DNA of 32,000 nucleotides from Geotalea uraniireducens Rf4. Its GTDB lineage: Bacteria; Desulfobacterota; Desulfuromonadia; Geobacterales; Geobacteraceae. Below are positions 8,091-16,696 of the stretch, piece after piece (position 1 is the stretch's first letter; the number at the start of each line of letters is the position of its first letter). The position numbers and the translations under genes were made by a program. Where the stretch lies: the NCBI RefSeq assembly GCF_000016745.1, contig NC_009483.1:300001-332000 (forward strand), read 5' to 3'. The notes beneath the pieces were generated by a model. It was not told the DNA's origin. It searched no databases and saw nothing but the letters and a program-made list of their open reading frames with translations.

Positions 8091-8138
8091 ACACCATACT
8101 TAATTCAGAGGCGGCCGATCGGCCGCCTTTGCTGTTTT
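8078..8138 (+). repeat. Composite intergenic element, copy A
   Basis: GATTCCGAGGGGACACCATACTTAATTCAGAGGCGGCCGATCGGCCGCCTTTGCTGTTTT. Confidence 0.85.
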
Positions 8139-8189
8139 GAGATTTAGGGAGCCAGCTGACGAACGCTCCACACAATTGCAGATGCAGAT

Positions 8190-9478
8190 ATTGCCTTGAC
8201 AGGAAGTTATAAAAAAAGTCAGTAACTTCCGGTTAGGTTTTTGCACGACGTTTCTTACGTTTCAACTGTCTAATTTTGTTTGAGTTACCTTGTATTCTTG
8301 TGCGACGGCTCTGCTGTTCGGCTGCTGCTTCATTTGCAATCTGATTGCGTAATTCTCGTACCCTGCTAATGCTGACTGGCTCCTGGTGCTGCTCACGGCA
8401 ATAGATGGCTAGCAGCAGATAGGTGATGAGACCACCAAGTATTTGAACCATGAGACCATATTCGCTTCTGGCAATCAGGTGATACACCTTTAGGTGGCGT
8501 TTCCACCAACCGAAGAAGGTCTCTATGTTCCAGCGCAGTTTATAAACCTGGGCCACTTCTTCAGCCGTCAGGTCGTATCTGTTGGTTGCTACCCAGTAGT
8601 CCTTGCCGTCAATACGGTAACCAACAAGGCGCAGCTCTTTCTCAGTCTGGTTTATACCTTTGGTGCCGAGAAGTACTATCTGGTCATAGAAGACAATACT
8701 GTCAGGATTTACGGCATTCTCTCTGATGACGGTTTTGTGTGTATTCTCCCTGATACGGCAGACAAAAAACTTCTCGGCGGCCTGCCACTGGTCAAAGTGA
8801 TTATGAGACTGATACCCACGATCCATGACACCGGTTTCGCCTTTGTCGATGATCTTATCAACAAAGGGGCGCTCACCCTCTTTACCGTCGGTCAGGAATA
8901 TCTTCCTTGGAATACCACGGTTGATATCGAAGCCGATATGGGCCTTGGCCTTCTTAGAGCCGCTTCGGTAATCTGCCCATTCCATAGATAGAACAGCATC
9001 TATCAAAGAACCGTCTATGGATACCAGATTGCCAAGGTGAGCATATTCATCGGGAAGCACTCTGCCTGCTTGCTTGACAAGATGCCCGAATACCTCGGAA
9101 AGCTGTTCAAGACCACGGTTGTTGATTGCCTCAAAGAAAGAGCTCTTTTTGATTCCCTTGGGGGGAGCAACACATTCCTTGGCGAAGTCATCCTGATCCA
9201 GCGCCTGGAGAAGTTCGCTCCCGGAAGAGAACTCTTCCAAGTGATAAAAGATCAGGGCTTTTAGCTGATCATCGAAAGTCATTTGCAACGGGCGATACCC
9301 CCTGGATTCAAGTTCATTATCTGACTTGAATCTCTCAAAAATCGGGGTAAGAAGCAATTTGAAAGCGCGTGATTTTCGTCTTTGTTTCAGTCGTTTGAAC
9401 GGTCGCATATCGTAACTCCTGTAATATTGGATAGTTACGAGTGCGGACCACCGTTTTTTTACTCAAAGTCAAGCAAAT
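8190..9478 (-). mobile_element. IS4-family insertion sequence (boundaries approximate)
   Basis: Candidate imperfect inverted repeats are ATTGCCTTGAC...AAAAAAAG (8190-) and the reverse complement of GTCAAGCAAAT (9468-9478). They enclose a single DDE transposase gene. Confidence 0.55.
8233..9408 (-). CDS. IS4-family DDE transposase
   Basis: 391 aa with ...VMDRGYQSHNHFD... and ...YKLRWNIETFFGWWKRHLKV... motifs (the Y-x2-R-x3-E region typical of IS4/IS5 DDE_Tnp_1). Confidence 0.85.
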   Translation of the reverse strand: MRPFKRLKQRRKSRAFKLLLTPIFERFKSDNELESRGYRPLQMTFDDQLKALIFYHLEEFSSGSELLQALDQDDFAKECVAPPKGIKKSSFFEAINNRGLEQLSEVFGHLVKQAGRVLPDEYAHLGNLVSIDGSLIDAVLSMEWADYRSGSKKAKAHIGFDINRGIPRKIFLTDGKEGERPFVDKIIDKGETGVMDRGYQSHNHFDQWQAAEKFFVCRIRENTHKTVIRENAVNPDSIVFYDQIVLLGTKGINQTEKELRLVGYRIDGKDYWVATNRYDLTAEEVAQVYKLRWNIETFFGWWKRHLKVYHLIARSEYGLMVQILGGLITYLLLAIYCREQHQEPVSISRVRELRNQIANEAAAEQQSRRTRIQGNSNKIRQLKRKKRRAKT

Positions 9479-9608
9479 AATGCGGTATAACGCTGATTTT
9501 ACAACTTTTTTACATTCTCAAAGAACCTTGCAAAGACCAAACCGGACAATGCTGAAAAAAAGTATCTGATTTCGGAGGTGGTACCGATTATTGCCGAGGA
9601 GTTGACAA

Positions 9609-10118
9609 ATGTCATGTATCGTACCCATTGCCGGAACGGCTGCTGACCGTGAGGCGGCAGTTGCGCGAGAGGTTGAGAAATTAAAGCGGCGAGTCATCTG
9701 GAGTGAGCGGGCCGGCGGCGATCGCTGGCGGCAGATCTCCTTCCTCTACCGGGCGGCGGACAGGTTCGGCAGCCGGATTATTGACCATTCCTTCTGTGGT
9801 GGAGAAATAGGAGCGACAGGCTGTTCGACCGGCTCCTGCTGCCGTTGCAGGCCCGATGTGTTTGCCTATGAACGGCAGGTGCTGGATCTGCTGCCGAAAA
9901 GGCTCGACGCTTCCGGATACTGCCCCTTTTTCAATCTTGCCAGAAAAAACTGCGGCATCTATGGCGTCAGGCCGTTTGCCTGCCGAATCTACTTCAACCT
10001 CGGCTCTTCAGATCATTACTGCCAAAACCCGAATGACACGACCCTGCAGTTGTTTGATAATCTCAAGCCCCATCTGGAGAGGATCCTGGGGGCTTGCCTG
10101 GGGGGATATGGCAGCTGA
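9609..10118 (+). CDS. YkgJ-family cysteine-cluster (CxxCxxCC) protein
   Basis: 169 aa. The CSTGSCCRCRPDVF...CPFFNLARKNCGIYGVRPFACRIY pattern fits the UPF0153/YkgJ zinc- or iron-chelating domain. Confidence 0.7.
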   Translation: MSCIVPIAGTAADREAAVAREVEKLKRRVIWSERAGGDRWRQISFLYRAADRFGSRIIDHSFCGGEIGATGCSTGSCCRCRPDVFAYERQVLDLLPKRLDASGYCPFFNLARKNCGIYGVRPFACRIYFNLGSSDHYCQNPNDTTLQLFDNLKPHLERILGACLGGYGS

Positions 10119-10129
10119 CGGTCCGCAGA

Positions 10130-10187
10130 GAATTCCTGGGACCCATACTTAATTCATAAGGCGGCCAAACGGCCGCCTTTGCTATTT
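10130..10187 (+). repeat. Composite intergenic element, copy B
   Basis: GAATTCCTGGGACCCATACTTAATTCATAAGGCGGCCAAACGGCCGCCTTTGCTATTT, 12 nt after the ykgJ-like stop. Confidence 0.85.
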
Positions 10188-10245
10188 CTGTTCTTGAATT
10201 TTACGGCAAGCTGAACCACAATACACGCCGAGGTATGCACTAAGA

Positions 10246-10443
10246 ATGTTTGACGGGATTTTCTGGGACAACGACGGGGTGCTGATGGAGACCGAGCACC
10301 TCTACTATCAGGCCAATGCCGAGGCGCTGGCTCGGGCGGGGGTGGAGCTTACCCTCGAAGAGTTCTGCCGGATCTCCCTGCGCCAGGGGGAGAGCGTGCT
10401 CAGCCTCGCTAGGAATTCCGTGGAGACCATACGTATTTCATAA
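10246..10443 (+). pseudogene. HAD-superfamily hydrolase, N-terminal ~55 aa fragment
   Basis: FWDNDGVLMETEHLYYQANAEALARAGVELTLEEF is HAD motif I plus the start of the cap. The reading frame runs into repeat copy C and stops. The rest of the gene is absent. Confidence 0.7.
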
Positions 10444-10477
10444 GGCGGACAGGGACACTTTTACGTCCGTCTGCTAT
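10412..10477 (+). repeat. Composite intergenic element, copy C (variant hairpin)
   Basis: GGAATTCCGTGGAGACCATACGTATTTCATAAGGCGGAC-loop-GTCCGTCTGCTAT. The 5' modules are conserved, while the hairpin has a different stem and a long loop. Confidence 0.7.
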
Positions 10478-10525
10478 AGTGACGACAAGCGGTTTCAACA
10501 GCCTCTAAGGAAAGGAAAAGATACA

Positions 10526-10786
10526 ATGCTGGTGCGTATTCGGTTGACACTTGTACTGTTTTCGCTGGCCATGCTCCTTGGTTGCAGCAAGCTGACAATG
10601 GAGAACTACTCCAAAATCAAGACAGGGATCGGGTACACCGAGGTGGTCAAGATCCTCGGCAAGCCCGACAACTGCTCGGAGGCTCTGTTTGTAAGGAACT
10701 GCGTCTGGGGGAACGAGCAGAAGAACATCACGGTGAGTTTCGTGGGGGACAAGGCGATTCTCTTCAGCAGCAAGAATATCAAGTAG
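10526..10786 (+). CDS. Small lipoprotein
   Basis: 86 aa. The signal peptide has lipobox LLGC (MLVRIRLTLVLFSLAMLLGCSK). AAAGGAAAAG lies upstream. Internal ATG of the 10316 ORF. Confidence 0.7.
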   Translation: MLVRIRLTLVLFSLAMLLGCSKLTMENYSKIKTGIGYTEVVKILGKPDNCSEALFVRNCVWGNEQKNITVSFVGDKAILFSSKNIK

Positions 10787-10807
10787 GGCTATTCGACAGA
10801 GACATCC

Positions 10808-10878
10808 TTTAATTCGCGAGGCGGCCAAGTGGCCGCCTTTGCTGTTTGGGAAGAGACTTTCGTTAGGAATTCCGGGGT
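10808..10878 (+). repeat. Composite intergenic element, copy D (modules rearranged)
   Basis: TTTAATTCGCGAGGCGGCCAAGTGGCCGCCTTTGCTGTTT is followed 18 nt later by GGAATTCCGGGGT. Here the ATTCCGGGG module lies downstream of the hairpin. Confidence 0.7.
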
Positions 10879-10891
10879 ATTGTTCGAAAGT

Positions 10892-12091
10892 TCAACCCAC
10901 GGAACCATCAATGTGCCGATTCTTCAGGAAGAGATAAACCAAAGGGGGAAGGACCAGGAGGAAGGCAATTAAGAGTAGCTGGAAGGTTTTTCTTACCCCG
11001 CATGCGTCGGCATACCTCCCCACCAATGGGCCGGTGATCGCGAAAAGCAGCCGGAAACAGAGGGACTGAAGGGAGAGCGTGCCCGCCCGGTTTGCCGACG
11101 GAATCTCGGCCTGTGTGACGTGAAGAAGGAACGGCCCCCGCATCCCTCGCATCGCCGTCAGAAGGTAGTAGAAGAGAAATCCCCACACCCCTGCCGTCCA
11201 CCCCAACCCCAGATATCCCCCCCACACCAGAACCACCAGAAGCAGAATCATGCCGGGTTCCTTAAGGCGTTCCCGCACCCGATGGCTCAGGACGGCGAAG
11301 ATGGCGACGGTGAGATTGGCCCCCGCCCAGATCGGGCCGAAGGAGGCGATGGGGACGCCGGCGTCACGCATGTACGGCTGGATCAACCAGACCGGGTAGA
11401 AGGATGAGAGCCCCAGCACGATACTCAGGAGGATCGTTACGCGGAGGCGCCGATTCTCAATGAAGACGTATCGCGCAGAGGCAAGAGCCTCTTTCAGGTG
11501 TCCCCCGTGGTGTCTCTGCTCACGCTGCGGTTCCGTCAACCCGCGCGTGAGGAGCAACGCCAGAATCCAGACCCCCACCTGGAGTAAGAAGGGGAGGATG
11601 GGGTACTTGGCATAGAGAACTCCGGCGAACAACGCCCCCGCCGCTTCGCCGGTTTGACCGAACCCGGTTGATCGACCTTCGAAACGCGCATAGGCAGGTT
11701 CCTCCTCCGTTCCCTTCAGAGATTCGTAGAGGAGCGCGCTGTCCGTACCGCTTATGAAGGAGGTGGATATGCCGAGGAGTATCTCCGCGATGAGGACGTC
11801 CCAAAACGATGATGCTACGGTGTAGACTCCCCATCCCAGTATCCCGAGAATCGACGCAAAGGTCAGGGCCGTCCTGTAGCCGACCCTGTCGCTGATGTAC
11901 CCGGACGGGTACTCCATCACGACCATCGCCACGGCGAATATGCTTTGCAGGAGCAGGATCTGCGACAGCGACAGCCCGATGTGGTCCTTCCAGAAAAGGG
12001 TGATGACCGCCATGGGAAAGAGGGTCATCTGGAGAAAGGAGAACGCGTAGAGCAGGGGGATATTGCGCCGGAGTGAGGTCATGGGAAGCAT
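10892..12091 (-). CDS. MFS transporter
   Basis: 399 aa, about 12 hydrophobic segments, with an MFS-type loop signature YISDRVGYR. Confidence 0.8.
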   Translation of the reverse strand: MLPMTSLRRNIPLLYAFSFLQMTLFPMAVITLFWKDHIGLSLSQILLLQSIFAVAMVVMEYPSGYISDRVGYRTALTFASILGILGWGVYTVASSFWDVLIAEILLGISTSFISGTDSALLYESLKGTEEEPAYARFEGRSTGFGQTGEAAGALFAGVLYAKYPILPFLLQVGVWILALLLTRGLTEPQREQRHHGGHLKEALASARYVFIENRRLRVTILLSIVLGLSSFYPVWLIQPYMRDAGVPIASFGPIWAGANLTVAIFAVLSHRVRERLKEPGMILLLVVLVWGGYLGLGWTAGVWGFLFYYLLTAMRGMRGPFLLHVTQAEIPSANRAGTLSLQSLCFRLLFAITGPLVGRYADACGVRKTFQLLLIAFLLVLPPLVYLFLKNRHIDGSVG

Positions 12092-12255
12092 TATGAAGCA
12101 TTCGGGACGAATTATGAAGTGGAAAGGTGCCGCTCCCGATGCCAGATCAGCTCTCGTGATTCATTCATTGTTTACCTCTTTCCTGGCTGCACGTTTGACC
12201 TGTGCGGCGACAACAGGTATGATACGGGAACGAAAGAGAAGGGAAGAAACTGCAG

Positions 12256-12774
12256 ATGCACCAATTGAAATATTTGGCAGGCTATTCACCGCAGATAACG
12301 GCCCAGGTGGCCCAGCTGATCGTGGAAAACCGGTTGGGCAGCGCCATTGTGCAGAGGTATCCGAAGGCGCATGATGCCAGAACCGATAAGGCACTCTATG
12401 ATTTTACCGTCAACATCAAAAACGAGTTCATGCGCACCGCTCAGCCGCTGAGCAGGGTGCTATACGATGGGAAAATCCATGTGATCAACAACGCCCTGGG
12501 GATCCATACCTTTGTATCAAGGGTACAAGGGGGCAAGCTGAAGGCAAAGCACGAAATCCGCATCGCATCCATCTTCCGGGACGCGCCCCTAGAGTTTCTG
12601 AAAATGATTGTCGTGCACGAGCTTGCGCACCTGAAGGAGAAGGAGCATAACAAGGCTTTCTACCAGCTGTGCGAATACATGGAACCCGCCTACCACCAGC
12701 TGGAGTTTGACACACGGCTGTTCCTGACCCACGTGGAGATGGCCGGATCGCCCTATCTGCAAACCTGTAAATAA
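12256..12774 (+). CDS. YgjP-like (DUF45/M48-type) metallopeptidase
   Basis: 172 aa with VVHELAHLKEKEHNKAFY, an HExxH motif followed by the typical ...H..F... segment. Confidence 0.7.
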   Translation: MHQLKYLAGYSPQITAQVAQLIVENRLGSAIVQRYPKAHDARTDKALYDFTVNIKNEFMRTAQPLSRVLYDGKIHVINNALGIHTFVSRVQGGKLKAKHEIRIASIFRDAPLEFLKMIVVHELAHLKEKEHNKAFYQLCEYMEPAYHQLEFDTRLFLTHVEMAGSPYLQTCK

Positions 12775-12819
12775 ATTTGGTACACTTTGACTGCAGCCCC
12801 ATTCGGTGAGGAGACGCAT

Positions 12820-13587
12820 ATGATGCAAAACAGCGACAACAGAGTTGCTTTAGTCACCGGTGGTGCCCAGGGGATCGGCAAGGGCATTGCCTTTCGGTTT
12901 GTGGCGGACGGGATGCGTGTGGCAATTGCCGACATCGACGCCGAGGCGGTAGAAGAGACGGCGCGGGAACTGGGCCCATCGGCCAGTGGATATGTGGTCG
13001 ATGTGGCAGACGAGTCGGCGGTGTCGGAGTTGCTGCGCTCCATAGGCGGTAGCTATGGCCGTCTCGATGCCTTGATCACCAGCGCAGGTATTGCTACAGC
13101 TGTGGCCGCACCGGTGGAGCAGTTGGCGCTGGCCGACTGGAACCGGGTGCTGGGGGTTAACCTTACCGGCACCTTTCTCTGCTGCAAGCATGCAGTGCCG
13201 CTTCTGCGCTCCTCTCATGGGGCCGTCGTCACTATTGCCTCAACCCGAGCTATGCAGTCTGAGCCCGATACCGTGGCCTATTCCGCCAGCAAAGGTGGGG
13301 TGGTTTCCCTGACTCACGCCTTGGCAATAAGTCTTGGCCCGCAGATACGGGTAAACTGCATCAGCCCAGGCTGGATCGCCGTTGATAGCTGGCGTAAGCG
13401 CAGCAGACGGCAAGAGCCGGTGTTGAGCCCGAACGATCATGCTCAGCATCCGGTGGGACGAGTTGGTCGTCCAGAGGATGTGGCCGCCTTGGCTGCATAT
13501 CTGATTTCGCCAGAGGCAGGGTTTGTCACAGGGCAGAATTTTGTCGTAGACGGTGGGATGACGCGAAAGATGATCTACGCCGATTAA
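12820..13587 (+). CDS. SDR-family oxidoreductase
   Basis: [13 protein letters not shown] (TGxxxGIG), a YSASK catalytic motif and a C-terminal VDGG. The start is chosen at ATG 12820, after GAGGAG. Confidence 0.85.
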   Translation: MMQNSDNRVALVTGGAQGIGKGIAFRFVADGMRVAIADIDAEAVEETARELGPSASGYVVDVADESAVSELLRSIGGSYGRLDALITSAGIATAVAAPVEQLALADWNRVLGVNLTGTFLCCKHAVPLLRSSHGAVVTIASTRAMQSEPDTVAYSASKGGVVSLTHALAISLGPQIRVNCISPGWIAVDSWRKRSRRQEPVLSPNDHAQHPVGRVGRPEDVAALAAYLISPEAGFVTGQNFVVDGGMTRKMIYAD

Positions 13588-13698
13588 ACTTGTCTGATCA
13601 GCCGGTCTAGGACAAGATTGAGGGTCAGGTTTAACATTTAAACATGCTGCTGCTCGGGCCAGCCGATGCTCCAGGTCTGCGCGACATCACCATAAGGG

Positions 13699-13758
13699 TA
13701 ATTCCGGGGACATCCATATTTTAATCAAAAGGCGGCCAATCGGTCGCCTTTGCTGTTT
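13699..13758 (+). repeat. Composite intergenic element, copy E (forms the 5' exon of the group II intron)
   Basis: TAATTCCGGGGACATCCATATTTTAATCAAAAGGCGGCCAATCGGTCGCCTTTGCTGTTT. The intron GTGCG begins at the next base. Confidence 0.85.
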
Positions 13759-15688
13759 GTGCGCCAGGCATGGCGCGTGGCGCGTAAGCGCCATCCAATT
13801 GGGTATGGTGCCTGATTGGTGACTTGGAGGTGAAAGTCCTCTTCGGACCCTGATGGTGGGAACCGATAGCTGAACAGCAAGGGTGTCCGGGGCGACCCGG
13901 AATCTGAAGGAAGCTGTAGGCAAAGTCCTGGCCCGACGAACAGGAATCGCATATGAGGCAGCCACATCTGGGCGAGAAGGCAAACAGATTCAAAGCCCGA
14001 TAACCATCCAGAAAGATGTGGAAGTAGATGCGGCGGGTATATGGGATGAAGGTCACGCGCATTACCCTGGGAGGTCTGTCAACCTGCCTTGTGCTACCGG
14101 CATCGAGAGGTGCCGGGATGGGTTGGCAGAAGTCAGCAGAGGCCATACGAGTCGGAATAACCGACCGACAAAGGGCCGAACTTGAAGTAAGCGGACAGGA
14201 GCCTTGAGTTTCGATGACGACAGGAGCAGCAGAAGGCCGGGTTGGGATACCCGGCGCCAGCCCGGAGGGTAGCGGTTGGAAACCGCGAGAGAAAGGGAGA
14301 GGTGCGGCAAACGTCACGGGAAGGAAAGCAGCTCACTGGCCGGAAGCGGCAACGGGACTGATGGAGAAGATCGTCAGTCGCGGCAACATGATGGCGGCAT
14401 ACTCACGGGTAATGCGCAACAAGGGAGCGCCCGGCGTCGATAACATGCCGGTAACGGCCCTGAAGGGCTACCTACAGGAGGAATGGCCGCGCATCAGAGA
14501 AGAACTGCTGACGGGAACGTATCACCCGCAACCGGTGCGGAAAGTAGAAATTCCCAAACCGGGAGGCGGCACACGGATGCTGGGAATTCCCACCGTCCTT
14601 GACCGACTCATTCAGCAGGCGGTGCATCAAGTTTTGAGCCCGCTGTTCGACCCTGGTTTCTCCATAAGTTCCCACGGGTTTCGCCCTGGACGGAGCGCCC
14701 ATCAAGCGATCAAGGCAGCTCGGAAGTATGTAGAGAGCGGCCTTAGGTGGGTGGTTGACATTGACCTTGAGAAATTTTTCGACCGAGTCCACCACGACAC
14801 CCTTATGTCGCTGGTGAAACGCAAGGTTGGAGACCGTCTGGTGCTGTCCCTTATCGACAGCTACCTTAAGGCAGGGATACTTGAAGGAGGAGTGACGTCA
14901 CCCCGGTTGGAAGGCACGCCGCAAGGCGGGCCTCTCTCGCCGCTGCTGTCCAACATCCTCCTCGACGAACTGGACAAGAAACTGGAAAGAAGGGGCCATA
15001 AGTTCTGCCGCTATGCCGACGACGCAAATATCTATGTTGCAACGAGGAGAAGCGGCGAGCGTGTCATGGCCTCAATTACCGGCTACCTGTCCGAGCGGCT
15101 CAAGCTCACGGTCAACCAGGGCAAAAGCGCGGTTGACCGTCCGTGGAAAAGGTCGTTTCTGAGTTACAGCATGACCCGGCACCGCAAACCGCGGCTTACC
15201 GTGGCCAAGAAAGCGGCTGCCAGGCTCAAGGCCAACCTCAAGACGATCTTTAGGCGGGGAAGGGGTCAGAACATCCAAACCACCGTTGAAGAGACAACCC
15301 CGAAACTTAGGGGTTGGTTAAACTACTTTCGGTACGCGGAAGTAAAAGGCATCTTCGAGGAACTGGACGGATGGCTGAGACGTAAACTGCGTCGCATTCT
15401 CTGGAAGCAGTGGAAGCGCCCCAAGACGCGAGCAAAGAAACTGATGCGGCGGGGATTATCGGAGGCAACTGCATGGCGGTCGGCCACAAACGGCCGCGGC
15501 CCCTGGTGGAATGCAGGGGCCGCGCATATGAACAAAGCTGTTCCGAAATTCTACTTCGACAAACTGGGGCTGGTATCACTCATAGACCAGCTTCACCGAC
15601 TTCAACGTACTTCATGAACCGCCGTGTACGGAACCGTACGCACGGTGGTGTGGGAGGACGGCGGGAGCAATCCCGCCTCCTACCCGAT
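13759..15688 (+). mobile_element. Group II intron, class-C-like (~1.93 kb)
   Basis: 5' GTGCGCC at 13759. The RT/maturase ORF lies in domain IV. Domain V (15619-15648) is CCGCCGTGTACGG-AACC-GTACGCACGGTGG, with CGC at triad positions 2-4 and a 2-nt bulge. Domain VI is a hairpin with bulged A 15682, 7 nt from a 3' end ...CCCGAT. The intron sits directly after a terminator hairpin. Confidence 0.85.
14361..15617 (+). CDS. Group II intron reverse transcriptase/maturase (no endonuclease domain evident)
   Basis: MEKIVSRGNMMAAYSRVMRNKGAPGVD..., the RT block ...FCRYADDANIYV (YADD) and maturase X ...LRGWLNYFRYAE. The ATG at 14361 is preferred over 14214, which lies in ribozyme sequence. Confidence 0.9.
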   Translation: MEKIVSRGNMMAAYSRVMRNKGAPGVDNMPVTALKGYLQEEWPRIREELLTGTYHPQPVRKVEIPKPGGGTRMLGIPTVLDRLIQQAVHQVLSPLFDPGFSISSHGFRPGRSAHQAIKAARKYVESGLRWVVDIDLEKFFDRVHHDTLMSLVKRKVGDRLVLSLIDSYLKAGILEGGVTSPRLEGTPQGGPLSPLLSNILLDELDKKLERRGHKFCRYADDANIYVATRRSGERVMASITGYLSERLKLTVNQGKSAVDRPWKRSFLSYSMTRHRKPRLTVAKKAAARLKANLKTIFRRGRGQNIQTTVEETTPKLRGWLNYFRYAEVKGIFEELDGWLRRKLRRILWKQWKRPKTRAKKLMRRGLSEATAWRSATNGRGPWWNAGAAHMNKAVPKFYFDKLGLVSLIDQLHRLQRTS

Positions 15689-15933
15689 CTTGCAAATAAA
15701 GGAAAGCATATTTTCGTTACATAGAACCTATGACTAATAATCGATAAGCGCTTATAGTTTATTAGCTGTTATTGTTAGGTAACGAACGTTACTTAGCGCT
15801 GGCAATTACGGGCTAACATCCGCTGCATTGTGATTGGTGGTGGATGTTCTGTTCACAATAGTGCATACTAGACCTACGCGGAACGCAGCCCTAAGCGCGA
15901 GAAGCGCATATTACCTCAGCTGGAGTACAACAT

Positions 15934-16149
15934 ATGAATGTAGACATTGACATGATGAAAAACCTGATAAGCAAACGAAGGGATGAGATTGAACAGAGTG
16001 TTGCCGGTACCGGCTATCTGGCAAAAACAGTCATCGGCGTCGGCACCTTTTTTATCGATAACGAAGGGAACTTCGATCTGCTGACCGCTAAGCAAAAGGT
16101 TATCTTTGAAAAATTTCTTCTGCCGTTACTGGATGCACCTTGCCGGTAG
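15934..16149 (+). CDS. Hypothetical protein (71 aa) in an AT-rich segment
   Basis: An ORF with GGAG upstream and a strong hairpin terminator downstream. I recognise no motif. Confidence 0.35.
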   Translation: MNVDIDMMKNLISKRRDEIEQSVAGTGYLAKTVIGVGTFFIDNEGNFDLLTAKQKVIFEKFLLPLLDAPCR

Positions 16150-16211
16150 TCGTTAGGGAGGGCTCTGGGGTCAAGAGGTCTCTGGGGACAAGATGAAGTG
16201 GAGAAGAAAAT

Positions 16212-16253
16212 GGGCCAGGCTACTTTGAAAATAAGCAGCTTGGCCCCTTTTTA
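16212..16253. terminator. Bidirectional hairpin terminator between convergent genes
   Basis: GGGCCAGGCT-N15-AGCTTGGCCC forms a 10-bp stem followed by CTTTTTATT on the + strand. It lies 30 nt beyond the ppiC stop on the - strand. Confidence 0.6.
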
Positions 16254-16282
16254 TTACTGGTTGTAATACAAATAATACCTGC

Positions 16283-16564
16283 CTATTCGGTGCGGCTGGT
16301 GACTTCAAGCAGGTGGTAGCCGAACTGGGTCTGGATCGGACCGAGGACCTTGCCCACTTCGCCGGTGAAAACGGCCTGATCGAATTCCTTGACCATCTGG
16401 CCCGGGCCGAATTCACCCAGTCCTCCACCTTGCTTGCCCGATGGGCAGGAGGAATGTTCCCGTGCGACAGCCGCAAAGTCGGCACCAGCTTCAATCTGCT
16501 TCTTGAGGTCTTCGCAGACCTCCTTGCTTGCCACCAGGATGTGGCGGGCAGTGGCTCTTGCCAT
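16283..16564 (-). CDS. ppiC: Parvulin-type peptidyl-prolyl cis-trans isomerase C
   Basis: 93 aa. ARHILV...GADFAAVAREHSSCPSGKQGGGLGEFGPGQMVKEFD...TQFGYHLLEV is colinear with E. coli PpiC. Confidence 0.9.
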   Translation of the reverse strand: MARATARHILVASKEVCEDLKKQIEAGADFAAVAREHSSCPSGKQGGGLGEFGPGQMVKEFDQAVFTGEVGKVLGPIQTQFGYHLLEVTSRTE

Positions 16565-16625
16565 GGTGTACTCCTTGTTGTGGAATTGTTTCCCGTGCTG
16601 GGGAGAAAATCATATCATAATCGAT

Positions 16626-16664
16626 TAAAGGGGGACAGCGCCTTTTATTACCACCTGCCCCCTT
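16626..16664 (-). terminator. Hairpin terminator downstream of the 16697-17167 gene
   Basis: On the minus strand, AAGGGGGCAG-loop-CTGTCCCCCTTT is followed by AATCGATTAT. Confidence 0.5.
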
Positions 16665-16696
16665 GGAGGGGCTCTGATCGGAGTCCGGGGACAACA

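Noticed and set aside
9856-10152. 98-aa ORF in an alternative frame of the YkgJ-like gene, and 10316-10525, the upstream extension of the lipoprotein ORF
   Set aside because: The first is an out-of-frame overlap with a motif-bearing gene. The second reads through repeat copy C and the HAD remnant. The signal peptide with lipobox and the RBS define the real start at 10526.
13687-14360. ORFs 13687-13983, 13721-14317, 13725-13967, 13883-14185, 14062-14310, 14133-14336, and the upstream extension (14214-14360) of the RT ORF
   Set aside because: They lie in the ribozyme part (domains I-III and early IV) of the group II intron. The sequence is structured RNA, and the RT homology only begins at MEKIVSRGNMM (14361).
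15700-15930. Possible tRNA or other small RNA gene in the AT-rich segment after the intron
   Set aside because: I could find no cloverleaf: no GTTCGAATC-like T-loop and no acceptor-stem complementarity. There are only short local hairpins. I saw no rRNA or tRNA gene anywhere in the window.
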